Part shown: in pieces, positions 38,911 to 45,560 of the stretch
Layout: every line of letters begins with the position of its first letter
How positions within the stretch are numbered: position 1 is the first letter of the stretch
DNA from: an uncultured Arenibacter sp.
GTDB taxonomy: Bacteria > Bacteroidota > Bacteroidia > Flavobacteriales > Flavobacteriaceae
Reading direction: 5' to 3'
Assembly (NCBI GenBank): GCA_963972175.1
Contig: CAXAVP010000001.1
Span: 1 to 45,560 of the forward strand
DNA: 45,560 nt
Made by a program: the position numbers and the translations under genes
Notes under the pieces: model-generated
Told to the model about the DNA's origin: nothing
What the model saw: only the letters and a program-made list of their open reading frames with translations
Databases searched by the model: none

Positions 38911-40044
38911 ATGGATTACGATTTAATTTCAAAATATTTTTCCGGTAAGGCTTCAGAGGAAGAAATTGCATTGATCTTTCAATGGATAGATCGTTCTCCT
39001 GAAAATAAAAGGGCATTTATTCAATTTAAACAGTCCTATGCCTTGGAAGCTAAAAACGACGAAGATCTCGAAAAAGCTTGGCTTTTACAGGAGGAAAAAT
39101 TGGACAAGGGCAAACCCTCCAATTATTTTTTAGGGTTTCTAAAATATGCTGCAATCTTCCTTCTCATAGCATCCATTGGATGGCTCTTAACAGAACCAAA
39201 TATACCTTCAGAAGTGCTGGTATTGGATAAAAATGCGATTATCCTTAAAATGGGTGATGGAAGCATAGAAACAATAACAGATCAGGAGGAACGTGACATA
39301 ATAGAGCAAAACGGAATAGTCGTAGGTAGGCAACAAGGGAGAGTCTTAAACTATAGGGAAGAATCCGTTAAAGCTATTCATTCCAAACCCATTTATAACG
39401 AACTGTCCATTCCCTATGGAAAGTCGTTTAAACTAGTACTCTCCGATGGAACAAGGATTCATCTAAATGCCGGGAGTTCCATAAAATATCCAGTAAAGTT
39501 TACCAATAGTACCAAAAGGCAGGTTTTTCTCAGTGGGGAAGCATTTTTTGAGGTTACCAAAGATGCCTCCCATCCCTTTGTAGTAAGGGTAAACGACTTA
39601 AATGTGCGGGTGCTTGGCACTAAATTTAACGTTTCTTCCTACCCCGAAGAGGATGATGTTAACACCGTCTTGGTTGAAGGGTCTGTTGCATTGCATGAAA
39701 ATATGAGCGACTATAATGTAGAAGATGCAGTATTTCTGGAGCCCGGTAGTAAAGGGGTTTGGAACCCAAAATCAAAAAAAACCCAAATAGAAGAAGTAGA
39801 TACAACTATATATACCAGTTGGACGCAAGGACGACTTATTTTTAGAAATACCCCTTTCAAGGTCATGCGCAAAAAGTTAGAGAGACACTATAATGTATCT
39901 ATCGTAAACCATAATAAAATTTTAGAGGAAAAAACCTATAATGCGGTTTTTGATGTGGAAAGTATAGAGCAAGTATTCCAGACATTAAAAGAAATCTATG
40001 CTATAGAATATGTAATTAACGAAAACAACATAATAATTAATTAA
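38911..40044 (+). CDS. FecR-family anti-sigma factor
   Basis: TM segment, LSDGTRIHLNAGS, LSGEAFFEV, VRVLGTKFNV and VLVEGSV motifs. Confidence 0.93.
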   Translation: MDYDLISKYFSGKASEEEIALIFQWIDRSPENKRAFIQFKQSYALEAKNDEDLEKAWLLQEEKLDKGKPSNYFLGFLKYAAIFLLIASIGWLLTEPNIPSEVLVLDKNAIILKMGDGSIETITDQEERDIIEQNGIVVGRQQGRVLNYREESVKAIHSKPIYNELSIPYGKSFKLVLSDGTRIHLNAGSSIKYPVKFTNSTKRQVFLSGEAFFEVTKDASHPFVVRVNDLNVRVLGTKFNVSSYPEEDDVNTVLVEGSVALHENMSDYNVEDAVFLEPGSKGVWNPKSKKTQIEEVDTTIYTSWTQGRLIFRNTPFKVMRKKLERHYNVSIVNHNKILEEKTYNAVFDVESIEQVFQTLKEIYAIEYVINENNIIIN

Positions 40045-40099
40045 TCAACTAACTCAAACCAAATGAATTGAAAATTAAAAGGCTTACAAAATCCACTTT

Positions 40100-40135
40100 A
40101 AAAAAAACCAGAAAATGTTGCGAGCATTTTCTGGT
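40100..40135. promoter_or_regulatory. Hairpin in the fecR-susC spacer (terminator-like on the minus strand)
   Basis: A-run then ACCAGAAAATG-TTGCGAG-CATTTTCTGGT perfect 11-bp stem. Confidence 0.6.
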
Positions 40136-40184
40136 AGATACAGTGATTAAAGAAAATTAACCACCAAAAATGTTTTACTAAATT

Positions 40185-43100
40185 ATGAAAAAAACTAACA
40201 AACCACGGAATCGTAGTGGTTGGTCATGGCGATTCGATTTAAAAATGAAATTAACCACTCTATTAGTAATAGTAGCACTCTTTCAAGTAAAGGGAAATAC
40301 CTATTCCCAAAACACAAAAATAGATCTGAATTTAGAAGATGTTAGTGTTTATGATGTACTGAATGAAATTGAGTCGAAAACAGCGTTTAAATTCTTTGTG
40401 GACACCAAAGAAGTTGACTTGGAACGTAAAGTAACCGTAAAGGTAAAAAGGGTTACGGTAAAAAAAATATTGGAACGTGTATTTAGCGGAACCAATATTG
40501 GCTATAAGGTGTTGGATAAACAAATTGCCTTAAAACCGATAGAAGGCAAAGATCAAAAAACTGACCAAGGCAGTGGCCTGGAGAAAAATAATGAAACGCA
40601 ACAACCTACTATATCAGGTACGGTTTTGGATGAAACAGGTATGTCGCTCCCGGGAGCCAGTGTAGTTGAAAAAGGCACTACCAATGGTACCCAGACCGAT
40701 TTTGACGGAAATTTCACACTGGAACTAACCAGTTCCGAAGCTGTTTTGGTTGTTTCCTACATCGGATTTTCCACTAAGGAAATTCCAATTTCCGGGCAGA
40801 CCACCCTTAGCATTACTCTTGAGGAGAGTGCCGCAGGATTGGATGAAGTTGTAGTAGTGGGATATGGTACCCAAAAGAAGGTCAATGTAATTGGTTCCAT
40901 TTCTCAAGTGTCATCCAAAGACATAGAAAACAGACCCGTAACCCAGGCTTCCCAAGCCATAACAGGACAAATGCCAGGGGTTACGGTAATACAGAGAACA
41001 GGAAGACCTGGACAAAGTGGCGGGGATATACGCGTTAGGGGAGTAGGTTCTTTTGGGGCCACTCCAAATGCACTGGTTCTCATTGACGGTATTGCCGGTA
41101 CCCTGAACGATATCAACCCGGACGATATCGCATCAATTTCCGTTTTAAAGGACGCTTCCTCCGCAGCCATCTACGGTGCTAGATCGGCCAACGGAGTAAT
41201 ATTGATCACAACCAAAAGTGGTAGCAACAAGAAGTTTTCTATTAGCTATAACAGTTATATTGGTGTCAATGAAGCCACTGAACTTCCTGATTTTGTCAAC
41301 TCCTGGGAATATGCCGAGATGTATAACATTGCTTCGGGGAGTAATAGCTTTAGCGCTGAGGACATTGAGCGATATAGGGCCCAAAATGATCTTGACAATT
41401 ATCCGAATACCAGATTCCTGGAAGACCTATTCTCTGAAAACGGAATCCAAACCTCCCATACCCTTACTGTAAATGGAGGTGATGAGAGAAATAAATATTA
41501 TGTATCCGCAGGTTTTATGGATCAACAAGGTATTGTACCTAAAAATAGCTTTAACCGCTATAACTTTCGAATGAACCTCAATAATAAATTGGGTGAAAAA
41601 TTTGAATTGAACACTAGGTTCTTCGGCGCTTTGGAAGAACGTAAAGAACCACAGGCAACGGCAAATAAAGGGGGGGGATTTCTAGATCAATTGGTTCAAA
41701 ATGCCGTGCGCTATCCTGCCACTTTTTTAGGACGGGATTCCCAAGGTAATTATGGCATTGGACCTGAAAGCGGAGGAACACCAGTTGCTTGGTTGGACTC
41801 CCAATCCTACTTAAACAATCCAACCACCAGAGTAGGGGTAAACCTGAAATTGGACTGGAAACCCAATGATGATCTAATATTTTCTGCTATAGGGGGATAT
41901 AACTTCACCCTAGATGAGCAGCGTTCCTATTTGGCCTCACAAAGATTGAACGAAGAGGTGTTCTTAGGACAATCCTACCTGAATCAATATAGCAACAAGA
42001 CTATTTTTAAGACTATGCAGTTCACAGGAGAGTATACCAAAGAATTTGGTTCCCATGATTTTAGTCTCTTGGCAGGATACTCTTTCGAAAATGAAGAATT
42101 ATCCTTATTTAACGGCTACCGTCAGGATTTTGCCAGTAATGATTATACCGTAATGGATCTTGGGAGCGCAGAAAATCAGCAATCCGGGGGCTATGATGCG
42201 GAATGGGCCTTACAATCATTTTTCTCACGTCTAAAGTATAGTATTAACGAGAAGTATTTGTTTGAAGCTACCATTCGATATGACGGGTCTTCCCGTTTTC
42301 CCGAAAATAATAAGTACGCCTTTTTCCCATCTGCTGCTCTGGGCTGGCGTATTTCACAAGAACCTTTTATGGAGCAAGTGTCTTGGATGTCCAATTTAAA
42401 ACTCAAGGCATCCTGGGGTATTTTGGGAAATCAGAATATTGGAAACTATCCATACCAAACTGTTTTGGCCTCCGGCAGGGATTACTCTTTGGGAGGTGGA
42501 CTTGCCACAGGAGCGGCATATGCCAATTATAAGGATGCCAATATTAAATGGGAATCTACCCAGACCACGGATATAGGGATCGAATCCGGTTTCTTTGATG
42601 GCAGGCTAAGTTTTAACACCACCTATTTTAACAGAAACACCACCGATGTATTGTTTAAGCCTTCTGCCAGTGTTTCCTCTGTTTTAGGCGTAGGCATAAG
42701 TGAAACCAATACCGGTGAAGTAAAAAATACTGGTTGGGAATTTGATCTTGGATATCGTGGAAACAAAGGGGATTTCGGATATTCAATAAACGCAAATTTC
42801 TCTATTATCAATAATGAAGTTATTACCTTGGGATTGGGTAATGTAGAGCAGCCTAACGGTTTAGTAGGTAACGGATCAAACCTATTTATAGGCTATCCCA
42901 TGCAAATGTACTACGGTTATAAGACCGATGGTGTCTTTTTAAACGATGGTGAAGTAGGCAGTTGGCCCGATATGACCGCCGTAAACCCAACAGCTCAGGC
43001 TGGAGACCTTAGGTACAAAGATATTAGTGGCCCGGACGGAGTTCCCGATGGCAAGGTAGATCCTACCTATGACCGTACTTATTTGGACAGTAGGATCCCA

Positions 43101-43583
43101 AAATATACTTTTGGCGCCAATCTGGGGTTTAACTATAAGAATTTTGACTTGTCCGTTTTGCTTCAAGGAACAGCTGAGGTTAAAGGACAATTGGACGGTT
43201 ATGCCGGTTATGCATTTTTTAATCTAGGCAATATACAACGTTGGCAAATGGAAGGTAGGTTTGATCCGGAAAATCCTGTCCGTTACCCAGAGTATCCAAG
43301 ACTGGAAGTGCTGACCAACAGTGGCTCGGCCAATACGGCTACCTCAGATTTTTGGGTTGTCAACTCAGGCTACCTTCGTGTAAAGAACATACAACTCGGA
43401 TATAATTTTCCAAATACACTTACCAATTCCATGGGGATTGATAACCTAAGATGTTATGTAGGGGCCGAAAATCTGCATTCCTTTAATTCCTATAGACAAG
43501 GATGGGATCCTGAAATAATAGGGGGTGGCGCGTATTACCCCATTTTAACCACTTACACTTTTGGAATAAACCTAAAATTTTAA
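40185..43583 (+). CDS. SusC/RagA TonB-dependent transporter with N-terminal STN signalling domain
   Basis: STN-like N-terminus, GTQTDFDGNF, LDEVVVVGYG, plug motif LKDASSAAIYGARSANGVILITTK, C-terminal Phe. Confidence 0.96.
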   Translation: MKKTNKPRNRSGWSWRFDLKMKLTTLLVIVALFQVKGNTYSQNTKIDLNLEDVSVYDVLNEIESKTAFKFFVDTKEVDLERKVTVKVKRVTVKKILERVFSGTNIGYKVLDKQIALKPIEGKDQKTDQGSGLEKNNETQQPTISGTVLDETGMSLPGASVVEKGTTNGTQTDFDGNFTLELTSSEAVLVVSYIGFSTKEIPISGQTTLSITLEESAAGLDEVVVVGYGTQKKVNVIGSISQVSSKDIENRPVTQASQAITGQMPGVTVIQRTGRPGQSGGDIRVRGVGSFGATPNALVLIDGIAGTLNDINPDDIASISVLKDASSAAIYGARSANGVILITTKSGSNKKFSISYNSYIGVNEATELPDFVNSWEYAEMYNIASGSNSFSAEDIERYRAQNDLDNYPNTRFLEDLFSENGIQTSHTLTVNGGDERNKYYVSAGFMDQQGIVPKNSFNRYNFRMNLNNKLGEKFELNTRFFGALEERKEPQATANKGGGFLDQLVQNAVRYPATFLGRDSQGNYGIGPESGGTPVAWLDSQSYLNNPTTRVGVNLKLDWKPNDDLIFSAIGGYNFTLDEQRSYLASQRLNEEVFLGQSYLNQYSNKTIFKTMQFTGEYTKEFGSHDFSLLAGYSFENEELSLFNGYRQDFASNDYTVMDLGSAENQQSGGYDAEWALQSFFSRLKYSINEKYLFEATIRYDGSSRFPENNKYAFFPSAALGWRISQEPFMEQVSWMSNLKLKASWGILGNQNIGNYPYQTVLASGRDYSLGGGLATGAAYANYKDANIKWESTQTTDIGIESGFFDGRLSFNTTYFNRNTTDVLFKPSASVSSVLGVGISETNTGEVKNTGWEFDLGYRGNKGDFGYSINANFSIINNEVITLGLGNVEQPNGLVGNGSNLFIGYPMQMYYGYKTDGVFLNDGEVGSWPDMTAVNPTAQAGDLRYKDISGPDGVPDGKVDPTYDRTYLDSRIPKYTFGANLGFNYKNFDLSVLLQGTAEVKGQLDGYAGYAFFNLGNIQRWQMEGRFDPENPVRYPEYPRLEVLTNSGSANTATSDFWVVNSGYLRVKNIQLGYNFPNTLTNSMGIDNLRCYVGAENLHSFNSYRQGWDPEIIGGGAYYPILTTYTFGINLKF

Positions 43584-43587
43584 GATC

Positions 43588-45258
43588 ATGTTCAAAATAT
43601 ATAACAAACAATCATCTAAATCCAGCTTCCTAAGATTCCTTCTCATTGGAAGCCTTAGTTTGGGAATTATGGTTTCATGCGATAAGGAGCTGGAACAATT
43701 TCCTAGTAACGCTTTTGCCGCGGATAATTTCTGGACTTCAGAGTCCAATGCCAATATTGCCCTTACGGGTGCATATAGGGGAGCTATAGAATATGGGACA
43801 CAGGTTGTCCCGTCAGATTGGTGGACCTATTGTGGTATTGTTTTTATGGAATTTGCAACCGATAATGCCTATGACCGTAGGGGTGATAACTCTACCCAGA
43901 ATCGCTTAACAAACGGTACCCTTTTACCCAATAACAATGTAGTAAACGGATATTGGAAGGGGTCCTATAAACGGATTGCTATCTGTAACGATTTTCTGGA
44001 GAATATTGATCAGGTAGCAATGGAACAGGCCAAAATAGATAGGATGTCTGCTGAAGTTCAGTTTCTAAGGGCCACACAATATTTTTATATCTCCCAGTTT
44101 TGGGGCAGTGCTCCCTTGGTAACCACTACCTTGACTCCCGATGAGGCGAATAATGTGGACAAAGCTTCCAAAAGTGAATTGGTAGCTTTTGTGGAAAATG
44201 AGCTTAAGGCTGCCGCAGCAGTATTACCCACTTTTGGTGAACTCAAAGCTGGTGAAGCTGGTAGGGCTAGTAAACAGGCAGCATGGGCTTTCTTGGGAAG
44301 ACTTTACCTAGGTGAAAAGAAATTCACTGAGGCGTCACAGGTATACAAACAAATTATAGATGCGGGTGATAATATCATTGACCCGGATTATAAATCCCTC
44401 TTTACTCCAGCCAATGAGGGCAGTAGTGAAAATATATTTAGTTCCCAATATTTTGGTGGACAGGCTGGAAATGCACTACCACAGCACGCCTACCCTGCAG
44501 TAGCTTCAGGCTGGCACATAGTAAACCCCTTGGGAAGCTTGGCCGATGCCTACGGTTTTGATGATGGAACGCCATTGTCCTATGACGATCCCCGATTCGA
44601 CTATTCTGATATGGGAGCCAATAGGGATCCAAGATTTAGATATAACTTTATATGGGACGGATCAACCTTTGCCGGTAAGACCTATGATTGTCATCCCGAT
44701 TCCACTGGATCTGTAGATCAATTAACCTATTCCAAACAGGCTACTAGAACTGGATATGGATTACGAAAATTCTTTGATGAATCTTTTAGTGGCAATTTGA
44801 GGTCCGACTATGGAGGTAATATTCCAATTATTAGGTATGCCGAAGTATTGCTTAGTTATTTGGAAGCGGAACTAGAAGCTGGGAACCCAATAACCCAGGA
44901 ATTATTGGACCTTACCATAAATGCTGTTAGGGGTAGGGCCTCTGTAGGCCTGCCTCCCATAACCGAAACCGATGTGGAAGCCTTAAGGCCCATTTTACGA
45001 AATGAAAGAAGAATTGAATTAGCTTTGGAAGGTCAGCGATTATGGGATATATTTAGATGGGAAATTGGTGACGAAGTATTGGTTGGGGATTTTTGGGGCG
45101 CTCCCTTCCCAAATTCTACCTTGTATCCCACCACCTCCAAGAAAATAGACGCCCAATCCAGATGGTATGTTACCACTAAAAATTTCCGTGAAGGAGTGGA
45201 TGACGTTTGGCCAATTCCAGAATCGGAGGTGAACGTAAATCCTAAATTGGGAAACTAA
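43588..45258 (+). CDS. SusD/RagB nutrient-binding lipoprotein
   Basis: Lipobox GIMVSC, EVQFLRA, RDPRF, IRYAEVLL and ERRIELALEGQR motifs. Confidence 0.95.
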   Translation: MFKIYNKQSSKSSFLRFLLIGSLSLGIMVSCDKELEQFPSNAFAADNFWTSESNANIALTGAYRGAIEYGTQVVPSDWWTYCGIVFMEFATDNAYDRRGDNSTQNRLTNGTLLPNNNVVNGYWKGSYKRIAICNDFLENIDQVAMEQAKIDRMSAEVQFLRATQYFYISQFWGSAPLVTTTLTPDEANNVDKASKSELVAFVENELKAAAAVLPTFGELKAGEAGRASKQAAWAFLGRLYLGEKKFTEASQVYKQIIDAGDNIIDPDYKSLFTPANEGSSENIFSSQYFGGQAGNALPQHAYPAVASGWHIVNPLGSLADAYGFDDGTPLSYDDPRFDYSDMGANRDPRFRYNFIWDGSTFAGKTYDCHPDSTGSVDQLTYSKQATRTGYGLRKFFDESFSGNLRSDYGGNIPIIRYAEVLLSYLEAELEAGNPITQELLDLTINAVRGRASVGLPPITETDVEALRPILRNERRIELALEGQRLWDIFRWEIGDEVLVGDFWGAPFPNSTLYPTTSKKIDAQSRWYVTTKNFREGVDDVWPIPESEVNVNPKLGN

Positions 45259-45271
45259 ACTTACAAAGCAT

Positions 45272-45560
45272 ATGAGCTTAAAAAGAAGAAAATTTATTCA
45301 AAAAGCAGGGTGGGCCATTCCTATAATGGCCCACCCTTTCCCTAATATACTCCGCCAAAAAGAGTTATTAAAAGAAAACAATAAACCAACAGTTCCAATC
45401 TCCGCAGAAATTAATTTTGAGCGCCTAAATGAACGAATCTGGATAGGCCAGGATTTTTGGAGTATTCCTATGGAGGATTGGGAAATAATAAACAATAGGC
45501 TGGAATGTAAAAGCAGCAAAAAGAATGCGCGGTTAAATCTATTGACCTATGTACTTAATA
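45272..45560 (+). CDS. Tat-exported protein, 5' part only; possibly alkaline phosphatase D-like
   Basis: Open to the window edge: MSLKRRKFIQK...RIWIGQDFWSIPMEDWEIINNRLEC; N-terminus recalled from PhoD-family proteins, catalytic part not visible. Confidence 0.55.
   Translation, partial: MSLKRRKFIQKAGWAIPIMAHPFPNILRQKELLKENNKPTVPISAEINFERLNERIWIGQDFWSIPMEDWEIINNRLECKSSKKNARLNLLTYVLN

Overview
AT-rich bacterial chromosome segment, most likely a marine Flavobacteriaceae (Bacteroidota TAnnTTTG promoters, T9SS cargo with PorP, SusC/SusD). 1-21.3 kb is mostly housekeeping or conserved accessory genes: alpha/beta hydrolase, lytic transglycosylase, cls, rpmH (missed by the ORF track), a short carB, PepX-type peptidase, YoaK, a TesA-like/YbbA/YbbP triad, MepB, Tat metallophosphoesterase, D-2-hydroxyacid dehydrogenase, esterase and a K+/H+ antiporter. 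A palindrome-rich REP/MITE-like element sits at about 18.6-18.7 kb. 21.4-25.9 kb is a collapsing nitrate/nitrite assimilation locus. It holds a 5'-deleted nirB fused back-to-back to a dead rubredoxin-domain fragment, a frameshifted nirD, a NarX-like kinase with six lesions, and an about 0.42 kb inversion (21703-22126) that breaks two genes and restores both junction frames when flipped back. Next to it are an intact second NarX-type sensor kinase and a stand-alone receiver. These are divergent from a 2511-aa T9SS type-B adhesin-like protein (14 two-Cys Ig-like repeats, SprB-like repeats, one carrying an inserted domain) and its PorP/SprF partner. The window ends in an ECF sigma/FecR/SusC/SusD locus and the start of a Tat-exported, possibly PhoD-like gene. 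No rRNA, tRNA, CRISPR array or transposase was recognised. All family calls come from motif recognition by eye, not database searches, and I cannot establish that any system here is truly undescribed.
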